The position numbers and the translations under genes are program-made. A model generated the notes under the pieces. That model was not told where the DNA came from. It made no database searches and worked only from the letters and a program-made list of their open reading frames with translations. A stretch of 64,000 nucleotides of DNA from a virus (lineage: Duplodnaviria; Caudoviricetes): the IMG/VR virus record IMGVR_UViG_3300020177_000966; one strand, 5' to 3'. Positions 36,458-46,725 of the stretch are shown here, piece by piece; position 1 is the first letter of the stretch, and every line of letters begins with the position of its first letter.

Positions 36458-37543
36458 TTACTCCTGTTCTGTAATTTCAATTTCAACATCGTCATCAACG
36501 ATGTCATCTTGGGTATTTACCACAGGAGTCATTTTCTCGTTATATTCCGACATAATTAAATCCATCTTCTCAGGAGACATCCATGCCTTACGATAATCAA
36601 GATGTTCATTGCCGGCTAAGTCAACATACTTGAGTCGATTGCCTTGCTTTTCTAACAAGCCTTTTTTCTCAAATAATTCAATAAGACCGCTATAAGGATT
36701 CATACCAGTTTCATAAGGAATCTTAACCTGCACACCTTCGAACGGTTTTGCATAGCGTGTCTTCATTACTTTACAACCAGCACGGATACCCATAACATCT
36801 GAGATCTTGTTGCCGTCTTCGTCTTCTTTAAGTTTCAACTTCTTCATTGCAACTACAATCGAACTTGCATAGATAAAGCCTGAACCACCTGAAATCTTGT
36901 CATCTGGGTCAAACATATCTTGCGATGCATATGTGTGATTAGTACACACTAGTCCAACGTTCAACGAGCCAATCATGTTAACAGTATTACGTACAAGTGA
37001 TGTTAGTGCTTTAGGCTTACGACCCATATCACCTTTCATATCACCTTTGTTAAACTGATCAACATCTGTAGGCGTTAGCAACATACCTAGTGAGTCAATT
37101 ACAAACAATACTTTAGGACGGTCTTCTTCCGCCATTGCTTTGTAGTCTGTAATAAATGTTGAAATGGTTTTTGCTACATCGTCAATCATTGACATATTAA
37201 GTTTAAGAAGTTTTTCTTCACTTGTGTCAACTTCGAGAGCCTGTAGCCATGCTTCATCAAGTGCGTTCTCTGAGTCAATTAGTACTACAAAGATGCCTTG
37301 ATCTTGTGCGTGTTTTACAATGTTACCTGAGCAAAAGTAAGATTTACCTGCTCCTGATTCACCTGCAAACACAGTTACCTTACCAAGCGGAACACCTTTA
37401 TGAAAGTCTCCTGAGATAAGATAGTTTAATGCATATGATCCTGTTGAAATCCAATCAGTAGGATCGTTAAATCCAGCACTCATGCCTGAGATACTTTTAG
37501 TCAAGTCCTTGCGGAACTTACTAACATCAAATGATTTAGCCAT
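36458..37543 (-). CDS. uvsX: RecA-like recombinase UvsX
   Basis: GESGAGKS, DSENA, IDSLG, TNHTY, GGSG. Confidence 0.95.
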   Translation of the reverse strand: MAKSFDVSKFRKDLTKSISGMSAGFNDPTDWISTGSYALNYLISGDFHKGVPLGKVTVFAGESGAGKSYFCSGNIVKHAQDQGIFVVLIDSENALDEAWLQALEVDTSEEKLLKLNMSMIDDVAKTISTFITDYKAMAEEDRPKVLFVIDSLGMLLTPTDVDQFNKGDMKGDMGRKPKALTSLVRNTVNMIGSLNVGLVCTNHTYASQDMFDPDDKISGGSGFIYASSIVVAMKKLKLKEDEDGNKISDVMGIRAGCKVMKTRYAKPFEGVQVKIPYETGMNPYSGLIELFEKKGLLEKQGNRLKYVDLAGNEHLDYRKAWMSPEKMDLIMSEYNEKMTPVVNTQDDIVDDDVEIEITEQE

Positions 37544-37614
37544 TGTTTCTCCTATATTAAAGTTAGAAAGTGCCCCCAGGCTGCCTATATAGCAAGCCTA
37601 GGGGTGTTGTTATC

Positions 37615-38598
37615 TTATTGCGATTGACGTGCTCTAATCATTGACAGAATATCTTCTGCCTTGTTTTCAGTCTTAGGTGCTTCCTCTGTTGCAGGCGCTA
37701 CTTCAGCTACTGGTGCTGGAGTTGCTTCTGCTGTTGGAGTAGGTGCTGCCTGAGATGCTACTGGAGCCGGAGTACTTGCCGCAGGAGTGTTTGGATCACC
37801 TGTACGCTGTGCCATACCTGCTGGACGGAAGTATTGACCCCAACGATCCATGTCAAATGCTTCACCGTCTACTGACGCTTCAAACATTTCTTTCATCACT
37901 TTAATTTCAACTTCACCTGGTTTCTTTGGAAGGAAGTCTGACAAATTAAACAATCCATGTGTATTGATTGCATTCATTTCAGCATCACCTAATGGACGCT
38001 CTCTACGAGCCCAATTTGATGTGCCATAGTCAGCATAGCCGCCTTTAGATGTCTTATTAAGACGGAAGTCTACACCAGCAGTGTAATCTGTTGGTAATTC
38101 TTCCATGTCTGGATCCATAAGTGCCGCTTTAATAGTTTGGAAAATTTGTGGTCCAATGATAAATCTACGGATTGGATTTTCTGGAGTTGTATCCTCTGAC
38201 AAAGGATTGTCAGTTACAAAACCTTGGAATACGTATGAACGTTTTTTCCAATATTTACGACCCATGTCTTCTAGACTAGGATCCTTAAACCAACCTCGAA
38301 CTTCGTTTAGAATTTCACAAGTTTCGCCATACATTTCCATACATGGAATTTGTACTTGCACAGGACGCGAATCAGTCTGACCTTTTACACCTGCAAAAGG
38401 AAGTTTGATCATCAAACGTTCTTTCCAGAAGAAAGTGTTTGTATCGTCGCCATCTGGAAGGAAACGGAACGTTGCGCTCTCGCCTTCTTTGATATTCCAA
38501 AATGGGTAAATTGCGTTGTCGCCACCTGATGAGCGGTTGTTGCCTGTGCCGGCTTCTTGTTCTTTGAGCTTTGCTCGGATTTCTGCTAATGATGCCAT
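37615..38598 (-). CDS. single-stranded DNA-binding protein, T4 gp32-like
   Basis: RFLPDG, YWKKRSY, IGPQIF, G.DFRLNKT.KGGYADY. Confidence 0.9.
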   Translation of the reverse strand: MASLAEIRAKLKEQEAGTGNNRSSGGDNAIYPFWNIKEGESATFRFLPDGDDTNTFFWKERLMIKLPFAGVKGQTDSRPVQVQIPCMEMYGETCEILNEVRGWFKDPSLEDMGRKYWKKRSYVFQGFVTDNPLSEDTTPENPIRRFIIGPQIFQTIKAALMDPDMEELPTDYTAGVDFRLNKTSKGGYADYGTSNWARRERPLGDAEMNAINTHGLFNLSDFLPKKPGEVEIKVMKEMFEASVDGEAFDMDRWGQYFRPAGMAQRTGDPNTPAASTPAPVASQAAPTPTAEATPAPVAEVAPATEEAPKTENKAEDILSMIRARQSQ

Positions 38599-38685
38599 AG
38601 TTAATGCCTCCTAAATGTTAATGCCTATGTGCAAGAGTAACATTATTGCTACTCTTTGTGCCTTTTTTTGTATAGCACAGTTACT

Positions 38686-38714
38686 ACTATACAGTCTTAC
38701 TTATATAAAGTCAA
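38686..38714 (-). promoter_or_regulatory. sigma70-type promoter of the gp32-uvsX-uvsY operon
   Basis: TTGACT (38714-38709), 17 nt, TATAGT (38691-38686); GGAGG SD before the gp32 ATG. Confidence 0.75.
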
Positions 38715-38741
38715 GTATTATTTTGACTTTTTTGAAAAAAT

Positions 38742-40979
38742 TTATCGTACGCCTGCTAGATGCTGAATACGAGCCATTTCTTCGTCTTGCCCGCTCACTA
38801 ATTGTGACATTACTGATTGAGCTTCATCTACAGCATGATCACCATACTGTTTTTGAACTTGTGTTAATACTGCTGTTTCACCTTTTGGAAAACTATTGCG
38901 AGTATAATCATACATACTTTTAACAAACTCTTCAAGCGGAACATCGTTGTTCGTTTCGCTTCTCTTGTTCATCTTGTCTTCGATACCTTCTTTTTCGTCT
39001 TTGCCGCCAAACAAGTACCCTAATAATTTAGAACCGCCAAAAATTGCCGCAATTACTAGTCCTACTGGGAGGGCATATTTTGCTGCCATTGCACCAATTT
39101 CGCCAATATTTGGAACCATTCCTGCTAGTTGATCTCCTAGAGCCGCTGTTAAGTCACCTGCTGATGTTACAATTTTATCACCAGCTGCCGCAATAGCATC
39201 ACCTGCCGCGCCCATTAATTGATCGCCTGCTAAGTATGCTCCGCCGCCAATTGCTCCAACAGTGCCAGCTGCCTTAGCCGCAGGCTGTACTACGTTTCTA
39301 CCAACTGCTCCAGCTGTTGCTGCCGCGCCTTTACCGATTGCTTGTCCAGTAGTTCTTGCCGCTTGGCCCACTGCTGGTGCCGCTGCCTGAGCCGCTGTTC
39401 TTGCACCTTGGGCCGCTTTGCTTGCTCCGGACGTTGCCGCGCGAGCAATGTCATCTAGTCCTTGTCTTGCGCCTGCACCAACGGATGGTAAAAGTTTTGC
39501 CGCGCCTTGTGCAATCCATCTTAGTGGATTTTCAGCAAGTACTTGTTCTGCCAATTTACTATCCATGTTAACTGTAATTGTTTTATTATTAAAATTAAAT
39601 TCTTTTAAACCAACAATTGACGAAATTGCCATTTGTTCTTTAAACATTTCAAATTGTTTTGTTTTTTCCATAGTAGGATCCTTCTCGTGTTTCGCATTAC
39701 TAATAATTGACTCTAAATGTGCCTCGTATGCACTTTCCATATCGTATTGTCCGTGATCCCAATCATCACCGCCATGTAGATCTTGATACTCGTCATATGA
39801 ACTAGGTTGTCCGTCGTCATCATCCTCGCCGCCCATGCCTGCTAGATCGTCAAAAACTTCACCTTCAAAATTTCTGTCGTTCATGTACTTACCATAGCCC
39901 ATGTCAATCATCATATCATGAATTTTGTCTTCGTCTTCGACGCTATTATAACGCACACCTTGGTCAAACAATTCTCTTGCAACTTGATTAGCAAGGTCGT
40001 CTCTTTCGCCTAATAGTTCATCTGGACCAATTTCTTCAACTTTGTTTGCTTCACTTACTAGTTTATAGATATAAGGAAATACACCTTTTAATTCTTCGTT
40101 AAACTGTTTAATAGTTAATTCATCAATCCAAGTATTTGAAACATCTTCTGGAACATCTTCTAGCACGGCTGTTTTAAAAGTACTAACACTTTCTTTATAG
40201 AAGTTTTCTCTTTGAAGCATTTCAACAGTCTTTTTAACTGTATTAAGTCTTTCATTAACTATATCCATATACCCTAGTAAGCCTTCTGCCATTACACTTG
40301 AGCGATTCATGTATGTTTTAAATTTACGTAGGTTTACTAGTTCTTCAGAAAGTCCTGTAATATGTTTACCAAAGTCATCGTAAGGTGTTCCGCCTTCCGC
40401 AACGTGTCTTGTCATTGCTCTTGCACCGTTTAGATGACGATAAGGATATTTAAATCTCTCTCCGCCGTCACTTTCGATATAAATGCTATGTACGTTTTGT
40501 GTACGTCCTGCGGCATTTTCGTGGTTAACTGGGCCAGCATGTTTTACTACCATTCTTGCTGTTCCTACGTCTTGGTAACTAGTTCTACTAGTACCATACA
40601 TCTTTGATTCGCTCATTTGTTTCTCCGTGCTAAGGTATTCATAATCTCGTTTATCTAAGTTTGATTTATTAATATCTCTTGTATCAAAATTAAGCATTCT
40701 CTTCTTTGCAAATTGTCTTAACTCTTTTAAAAAATCAAACCATTTATCTTTTAAAACATTCTCATCTTCGCCAAAAAGATTTTTACTATACATAATAGTT
40801 AAATCTTTTTCATTCAATGATATATTTACTTTTTTACCGCTTGCAAAAGTAAATTCAAAAAATCTACCTGTATTAGGCTGATTAGTAATAGTGGCACTTT
40901 CATCGCCCACTGTTACACTAGGAAATCTACCCCTAATCTTATTAAATAATTCTTCTGCAACTGTATCAAGGTTTTTCAT
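38742..40979 (-). CDS. large hypothetical late protein with Ala/Gly-rich amphipathic region (putative internal virion protein)
   Basis: 745 aa; ATAAATA-N5-ATG late box; next to terminase. Confidence 0.6.
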   Translation of the reverse strand: MKNLDTVAEELFNKIRGRFPSVTVGDESATITNQPNTGRFFEFTFASGKKVNISLNEKDLTIMYSKNLFGEDENVLKDKWFDFLKELRQFAKKRMLNFDTRDINKSNLDKRDYEYLSTEKQMSESKMYGTSRTSYQDVGTARMVVKHAGPVNHENAAGRTQNVHSIYIESDGGERFKYPYRHLNGARAMTRHVAEGGTPYDDFGKHITGLSEELVNLRKFKTYMNRSSVMAEGLLGYMDIVNERLNTVKKTVEMLQRENFYKESVSTFKTAVLEDVPEDVSNTWIDELTIKQFNEELKGVFPYIYKLVSEANKVEEIGPDELLGERDDLANQVARELFDQGVRYNSVEDEDKIHDMMIDMGYGKYMNDRNFEGEVFDDLAGMGGEDDDDGQPSSYDEYQDLHGGDDWDHGQYDMESAYEAHLESIISNAKHEKDPTMEKTKQFEMFKEQMAISSIVGLKEFNFNNKTITVNMDSKLAEQVLAENPLRWIAQGAAKLLPSVGAGARQGLDDIARAATSGASKAAQGARTAAQAAAPAVGQAARTTGQAIGKGAAATAGAVGRNVVQPAAKAAGTVGAIGGGAYLAGDQLMGAAGDAIAAAGDKIVTSAGDLTAALGDQLAGMVPNIGEIGAMAAKYALPVGLVIAAIFGGSKLLGYLFGGKDEKEGIEDKMNKRSETNNDVPLEEFVKSMYDYTRNSFPKGETAVLTQVQKQYGDHAVDEAQSVMSQLVSGQDEEMARIQHLAGVR

Positions 40980-40987
40980 ATTAATAT

Positions 40988-42577
40988 TTATCCTAAACCG
41001 CCTGTAACGAAGATCGGCATCGGCGGCTCGTAATCTTCATAATCTGTATCAGATTGGTTAAATGTGTTATATATTCTCGGATCCCAATCTTTTAATACTG
41101 CCATCATTCTAATAGCTAATAATGTAGCACTTATTAAGTCATCTGTGGCGCCTGTTTTTGCTTTAAAACTAGTACCTGTAGCAACAAATCCTTTAAGTTC
41201 TGTAATTAGTGCAGAACTATTAATCTTCATTTTATCGTTTTCAATCATAGTTTTTAGTCTGCTACATGCTGTAATTTTAGTGCCGTGTGTAGTATTAAAT
41301 CCTTTACGGAACTTGCGAACATGTCCTTTGCGAATAGGTTCACTTACAAATAATCCAGGTATATTTTCTTCACCAAAGTCATTAATAACAATAAGTGCGG
41401 CTTCGCCAATACTATTGTTTTCAACGCTCCAATATATATTAGTACCAGATGTGTTACAACTATCTTTAATATGCTGACAGATATCTTTTAAAATTCTAAT
41501 TTGTGCAGGAATAGCAGTTTCATTATGCCTCCACTCTGCAATTTGTCTGTAACTAGGTAATTCAAAAACTTGTATTGCGGCATAATCTCCGCCGGTACCC
41601 ATTGCTGGATCAAGTGCAACGGCATAATTTTGATCTGCTGTTGGTTTTGAATACCATCTAGTTTGACCCATATTCATTAATGGAGGAGTCCCTTCCATTC
41701 CAGCTAATTTGATAGCATTAATTAATGTTTCATCATATACTAAGAACTCACATCCATACTCACGACGGAAACGTTCTTCACCAATACGTCCAATTTCTTG
41801 TTTTTTCCATTCGTCATCACGATCAGGATGTTCGTCCCAATTACATGTAAATCCATGGAAGCCGTTTACACCTAATTCTTGTTCATTGCCGTATTCATCA
41901 AATTTATTTTGTGACTCTTTCCAAATCATTGCAAATGTATCTTCATCACTGTTTGGTGTACTTGTAATAATAGCGCGACCACCTGTTGCTAGTGTAGGTG
42001 AAATAGCAGTCCAAAACTCAGTAGCAATATTAGGACCAACAAATGCAAACTCATCACAATATAGCAACGAGATACTCATACCACGGCCAGTATTTTCAGT
42101 TGTTGTTGCACTAACAATTCTACTTCCATTTTCAAACTCAATGCTACCTTTGTTATAACTTGTAACACCTGCTCTAATATAATCCGGACAGCATTCATAA
42201 ACATATCGAATACGTTGCATAATTTCTTGTGCACCTGTATACTTGTGTGCGGCAATTAGTATTGTTTGATCTGGGTGGAACATTGCATACCATGCTAGAT
42301 ATACTGCGGCACACGTTGTTTTGCCCGTTTGTCTAGGCAACATGTTAATATTAAATCGAAAATCATGATAACTTTTTAGTAGACGTTCTTGATAGTCAAA
42401 CGGTGCAAACAACAGTTTTCCTTTTACGGGGTGCTGAATGAATGCAAACTTTTTAGCAAAGTGCATATAACCGTTTGTTGGATCCATACACTTTGCAAGA
42501 TCTTCAATCTGTGTGTCAGTGAATGTTTCTTTTTTATTCGCCTTCTTAATTAAGACGCCGTCTAATGATGATGCCAT
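40988..42577 (-). CDS. terminase large subunit (T4 gp17-like)
   Basis: PRQTGKT, YCDEFAF, ITSTPN, LDPAMG.GGDYA, DDL. Confidence 0.95.
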   Translation of the reverse strand: MASSLDGVLIKKANKKETFTDTQIEDLAKCMDPTNGYMHFAKKFAFIQHPVKGKLLFAPFDYQERLLKSYHDFRFNINMLPRQTGKTTCAAVYLAWYAMFHPDQTILIAAHKYTGAQEIMQRIRYVYECCPDYIRAGVTSYNKGSIEFENGSRIVSATTTENTGRGMSISLLYCDEFAFVGPNIATEFWTAISPTLATGGRAIITSTPNSDEDTFAMIWKESQNKFDEYGNEQELGVNGFHGFTCNWDEHPDRDDEWKKQEIGRIGEERFRREYGCEFLVYDETLINAIKLAGMEGTPPLMNMGQTRWYSKPTADQNYAVALDPAMGTGGDYAAIQVFELPSYRQIAEWRHNETAIPAQIRILKDICQHIKDSCNTSGTNIYWSVENNSIGEAALIVINDFGEENIPGLFVSEPIRKGHVRKFRKGFNTTHGTKITACSRLKTMIENDKMKINSSALITELKGFVATGTSFKAKTGATDDLISATLLAIRMMAVLKDWDPRIYNTFNQSDTDYEDYEPPMPIFVTGGLG

Positions 42578-42591
42578 AATACTATTTAACC

Positions 42592-42617
42592 AAAAAAATA
42601 CCCGCCGAAGCGGGTAT
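42592..42617 (-). terminator. intrinsic terminator with C(UUCG)G tetraloop
   Basis: Minus strand AATACCCGC-TTCG-GCGGGTATT followed by a T tract. Confidence 0.85.
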
Positions 42618-42643
42618 TGAGTTAGTAGTAGTAGAGTTTATTA

Positions 42644-43531
42644 TTACTTATTTTGAAATTGTTTGTAAAGTGCTGATAACTCTTCTTTAATTTTATCTTT
42701 TATTGCCATTGGATTATCTCCGCCTGCTACTGGTGGATATGATTTTTTAGACTTATTAATATCGTTACCGCCTCTAACCATATCTGAAGCTGGTCTATAA
42801 TCTTCGTCTGGCTCGTTTTCGTAATCTTCGCCTGTTAGTTTGTCACCAATTTTTGAACCAACCACTGAGCCTGCTAGTGCTGGAATTGCTCTGCCTGCCG
42901 CGCCACCAATTGCTCCGCCAACTGGTCCGCCAACTGCTGTTCCTAATGCTGTTCCTGCGGCACCTAATGCGGCACTTGCTGGTGCGCCTGCTACTTGTCC
43001 AGCCGCTCCGCCTAATAATCCGCCTGCTAATGATCCACCCATTCCTGCTTGTAGATCTTGGTCACCCGGTACATCATCTTTTCCTGGAATATTTGGATCG
43101 TCATGATCATCGCTTGTTAGTGCTGAACCAATGCCGCCGCCTACTGCCGCGCCAATTGGTCCGCCTGCCATTGCACCTAAGCCTGCTCCTACAGCAGAGC
43201 CAAGTGCTCCTGCTTTTAGATCTTGGTCTCCTGGTACATCGTCACGTCCTGGGATGTTTGGATTATCTATAAATGCATTTCCTACTGGTTGCGGATTCAT
43301 ACCTGCATTACGCATTAATGCCATTAGTTCACCAACTTGACTTGCGTCATCTGCTGTCATGCTAATATTCATTGATGCTGATTCATTAATAACTTGCTTA
43401 GTTGGTTGTTGATTTACTTTGTTCAACCCTTCTAAGATCTTTTTCATATCGTTATAATTTTCGTCACCTTTGAAAGGTTTGTTGCCGACGGCTGCCGCGT
43501 CCATATTTTGTAAGATTTTTTTCATATCCAT
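42644..43531 (-). CDS. hypothetical late protein with duplicated acidic motif and glycine-zipper segments
   Basis: D(N/D)PNIPG(R/K)DDVPGDQDL(K/Q)AG twice, each followed by GxxxG repeats. Confidence 0.7.
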   Translation of the reverse strand: MDMKKILQNMDAAAVGNKPFKGDENYNDMKKILEGLNKVNQQPTKQVINESASMNISMTADDASQVGELMALMRNAGMNPQPVGNAFIDNPNIPGRDDVPGDQDLKAGALGSAVGAGLGAMAGGPIGAAVGGGIGSALTSDDHDDPNIPGKDDVPGDQDLQAGMGGSLAGGLLGGAAGQVAGAPASAALGAAGTALGTAVGGPVGGAIGGAAGRAIPALAGSVVGSKIGDKLTGEDYENEPDEDYRPASDMVRGGNDINKSKKSYPPVAGGDNPMAIKDKIKEELSALYKQFQNK

Positions 43532-43532
43532 A

Positions 43533-44093
43533 TTATTTGCTCCCTATCGGTGACACTGAATTTTCTTTATCACTAATATCTTTTTGATTTCCTGATTTTA
43601 CTTCTGCAATAGGATCATATTCTTGTTCCTTTCTTGCAGTTTCTAGTTCTTTGAGTAAATCCATTACTCTGTTTGTACCAACAGTATTTTGTGCCTTTGG
43701 ATCGGCTTGTTCCATTTCTAATGTTTCTAGTTTAGATACATATGGACTACCATCGCCTGTTTCTTGATAGCTGTCAATTGGGTCGTTTACATTACGTACA
43801 ATTACATTAGCTCTGTCAATACCGCAACACATTGGAATGTATTCCTCTAATACCTGTGGTGTAGTAGGATAGTTTAATGCAACTTCGTAATATGTAACTT
43901 CACAATTAGATAACTGTGGAAAATCTAGCGGACGTTCTTGAATTGGTGTTTTCTTTCCGGCGCTCATTGACGCTACACTGTAACGCTTTAACGCGGTCTC
44001 AATTGAATCGGCAAACCCGTCAGGTAATTCTCCTGCAACTCCAACTTTAAACTCGTAAATCTTTTTTGCTTCTGCTAGATATTTTTCAAACAT
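43533..44093 (-). CDS. conserved hypothetical late protein
   Basis: 186-aa ORF in the packaging cluster; ATAAATA upstream. Confidence 0.7.
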   Translation of the reverse strand: MFEKYLAEAKKIYEFKVGVAGELPDGFADSIETALKRYSVASMSAGKKTPIQERPLDFPQLSNCEVTYYEVALNYPTTPQVLEEYIPMCCGIDRANVIVRNVNDPIDSYQETGDGSPYVSKLETLEMEQADPKAQNTVGTNRVMDLLKELETARKEQEYDPIAEVKSGNQKDISDKENSVSPIGSK

Positions 44094-44110
44094 GTTTCCG
44101 TCCTTATAAA

Positions 44111-44599
44111 TTATTTATCCATATTCTTAAGTTTTTCAAGTAAACTATTACGATCTGTTATAATATAGCCTTCACCAGAAATAACGCCGTCATCACCAGT
44201 TCCGCCTTCTTTGTCCATTTTTTCTTTTTTAAGTTGCAGGTCAATCATTTTTAGTTTTTTATCTAACTTAGCAACTTTAGCATCAAGCGATGTTTTAAGC
44301 ATGCCGCCTGCTACTTCAAATACTCTACTAGCATACCGACTTTCAACATTCATACCTAAGTCCATTAGATCATCATATGCTTCCATTGCTTTGTCAGCGA
44401 TTTCGTTAAGCTCTTTATCAGCCATTTCACCTAGCCCTTTTACTGCGGGCAATGCACTAGCAATTTTATCAAACTCTGCGATATCACGCATCGTGTTATT
44501 TTGTTGCTCAACTACTTCTTTTTTTTCTTTCTTTTGTTCTTGCTTGATTAGTTCTTTACTATCAGGCAAGTCAAGAAGTTCTTCTAATTTTTTGGTCAT
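44111..44599 (-). CDS. probable terminase small subunit (gp16-like)
   Basis: Helical; SRVFEVAGGMLKTSLDAK...ITDRNSLL pattern; near the large subunit. Confidence 0.65.
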   Translation of the reverse strand: MTKKLEELLDLPDSKELIKQEQKKEKKEVVEQQNNTMRDIAEFDKIASALPAVKGLGEMADKELNEIADKAMEAYDDLMDLGMNVESRYASRVFEVAGGMLKTSLDAKVAKLDKKLKMIDLQLKKEKMDKEGGTGDDGVISGEGYIITDRNSLLEKLKNMDK

Positions 44600-44628
44600 T
44601 ATATACTCACATTAACTGCTACTATTAT

Positions 44629-45063
44629 TTATCGTTTTCCTTGATGGAACATATCTTTTTCTGTGATAACTCTAAATGTTATTCCTTTTGATTTACAATA
44701 TGCTCTTGCGGCTTCCCATTTTGCCATATTTAATATTGCATGTGCTTGATTATGTTTACTGTTTCCTGCCTTTTCCATCATAGTTTGATTATCAGGTTTA
44801 ACTTCGATTAGTTCAACCATATTTTTACCTTTTTTAGTTTTGTATTGTATAAAAAAGTCTGGAACGTATATAGTAGCTTTACCTGTAAATGGATTGCGAT
44901 AAGGTATTTTTATCGCTTCACTTGCCCAAGTTTGTATGCTAGGATTTTCGTCGCAGAATTTCATAAAAGCAAATTCCCATCCACTTCTATATGTTGGTGT
45001 TTTGCCTCCTACATATTTTTCAGGATTTTTAAGAGTATATTTGCCTTGAGCAAACTTAGCCAT
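44629..45063 (-). CDS. head completion nuclease (T4 gp4-like)
   Basis: YRSGWE..FM..CD.NP, WASE, YVPDF, IEVKP. Confidence 0.88.
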   Translation of the reverse strand: MAKFAQGKYTLKNPEKYVGGKTPTYRSGWEFAFMKFCDENPSIQTWASEAIKIPYRNPFTGKATIYVPDFFIQYKTKKGKNMVELIEVKPDNQTMMEKAGNSKHNQAHAILNMAKWEAARAYCKSKGITFRVITEKDMFHQGKR

Positions 45064-45067
45064 AACA

Positions 45068-45454
45068 CTAACCTAAAATGTTTCTAGCTTCTAGATAATT
45101 ATATTGATTATCAGTTTTAAATCCAATAGAACTTGTTTTTTCTCTATTAAAATTTAATACTTGAGCAACAGTAGCACTTAGCTGTAGCTTATCAAAACCA
45201 GATAATGTATCTAATAATTCAAACACTTTAATGTTATCAAGTTTTGCTTGTTGAAGTAGTATTGCGCCAGTTGACGCTGCCGCCGCGGGGTCAAACCCTT
45301 TTTGTTCTAAAAATCCAATTACTGCATCTACTTCGTTTGCAGGATATGATAGCTGTTTAGCATAGTATGTATTAAAATATTTTTTAGTGTTATCTGCACT
45401 GTCAGTTACCTTCTTAGGAGGTAAATTTCCTCTAATTGATCCGGTATCACTCAT
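45068..45454 (-). CDS. hypothetical virion-module protein
   Basis: ORF-track frame; start moved to MSDTG (45454). Confidence 0.65.
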   Translation of the reverse strand: MSDTGSIRGNLPPKKVTDSADNTKKYFNTYYAKQLSYPANEVDAVIGFLEQKGFDPAAAASTGAILLQQAKLDNIKVFELLDTLSGFDKLQLSATVAQVLNFNREKTSSIGFKTDNQYNYLEARNILG

Positions 45455-46634
45455 CGTATTCATCTCCTGGTCCAGCCTTTGCGTTAGGTAATCGAGTCTT
45501 ATTTGCAAACGCTGAAAGTATTCCGCCTGATGGATTACTACTGCTTGTTGCTTTTGCTCCTAAACTTACTGCGGCGGCTGTTGCTAATGTTCCTAGTTGT
45601 CCTATTCCTCCACTTGGGAATGAAACACCTGCTACTCCACTTACGTCAATTCCTTGACTACGTCCAAGTGCGCCGACTGCACTACCTAGTAGTTCTTGTC
45701 CAATACCTTTTGCATTTAATGATTTTCCGTTTCCAATCGCATTCGCGGCTTTAAGTACAGTTCCGAAACTAACGTTACCTCCGGTAATATCGTCAAGTAC
45801 TCCCATTCCTCCAGCAAGTACGCCTCCTACTCCCAATAAACTAGCGGCGCCGCCGCCTGATAAACTATTAGGACTTGGCATTTTATCGTAATGGTTTATA
45901 GCAAATCCTGCTGGTTGGCCATTTTTAACAGGACCTCTACTGTAGTGAACTGTTTCATATTCAATCTGCATAGAACTTTCTACACCAGTACCTTGATCAC
46001 TGTAATCCATTGTATCATGTGTCCAAGATGCTATTAAGGGATTTACTAATGTAAATGCAGTATAACGCTTCCTTGACATTTGATAGATTGTAATGTGATT
46101 AAAGAACGGAGTTAAACTATCGTTATCAAATCCATACCTATATTGCTTTTCGTTAAATAATGAACTATTATCATAATGTCTGTTTAATGGCTCAACTCCT
46201 CCGGCAGGTCCAACTTTTGCATAATTGCCATCTCTATAATAATACCTATAATATGCTTCCCATAATGCTGTAGAAATACCAAGATTGTCGTCATGGAAAG
46301 TAATTCCTACAGGAGTATAATCAATTCTTTTTTGTATTACTTTTTTTCTATTGTACTGATGTTTTACATCTGTTTGGATATTAAATCCAGGTAATTGTGC
46401 TGTTTTTACTAACAAAGAAATTTCGTCTTTGTGTCGTTGATCAAACTGAGGTATAATTGCTGCCGCTTGAGGATTAATACTAAAAGACACGTGATAAAGA
46501 AATTTAACTTTAGGAGCAAGTCTGTGATTGTCATCAACAAACGTTCTAGCCGCGTGGGCAAAATCCGCAAGATTACCTTTAGGATTTAAAGCACCCGATG
46601 CTACATTATCTAAAAAACCGTTTAAGAAACTCAT
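45447..46634 (-). CDS. tail-tube-like/baseplate tube-initiator protein (gp19/gp48/gp54 fold)
   Basis: VKTAQLPGF, YNRKK.IQ.RIDY.PV.ITFHDD, W.HDT.DY. Confidence 0.7.
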   Translation of the reverse strand: MSFLNGFLDNVASGALNPKGNLADFAHAARTFVDDNHRLAPKVKFLYHVSFSINPQAAAIIPQFDQRHKDEISLLVKTAQLPGFNIQTDVKHQYNRKKVIQKRIDYTPVGITFHDDNLGISTALWEAYYRYYYRDGNYAKVGPAGGVEPLNRHYDNSSLFNEKQYRYGFDNDSLTPFFNHITIYQMSRKRYTAFTLVNPLIASWTHDTMDYSDQGTGVESSMQIEYETVHYSRGPVKNGQPAGFAINHYDKMPSPNSLSGGGAASLLGVGGVLAGGMGVLDDITGGNVSFGTVLKAANAIGNGKSLNAKGIGQELLGSAVGALGRSQGIDVSGVAGVSFPSGGIGQLGTLATAAAVSLGAKATSSSNPSGGILSAFANKTRLPNAKAGPGDEYDE

Positions 46635-46680
46635 GCAAATATTTAGCCTTTTTAATTAAGTGTGTAGATAATTCGGTCAT

Positions 46681-46704
46681 AAAAAAAGGGACAATAAAGT
46701 CCCT
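46681..46704 (-). terminator. intrinsic terminator after the tail tube gene
   Basis: AGGGAC/GTCCCT stem; A7 on the plus strand gives U7 on the minus strand. Confidence 0.75.
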
Positions 46705-46725
46705 AATTTTATTATTTTTTTAAAA

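Noticed and set aside
6640-42577. Inteins or group I introns in helicase, UvsW, UvsX or terminase
   Set aside because: Lengths are normal and motifs contiguous; no C/S...HN-C/S/T splice signatures or LAGLIDADG inserts seen
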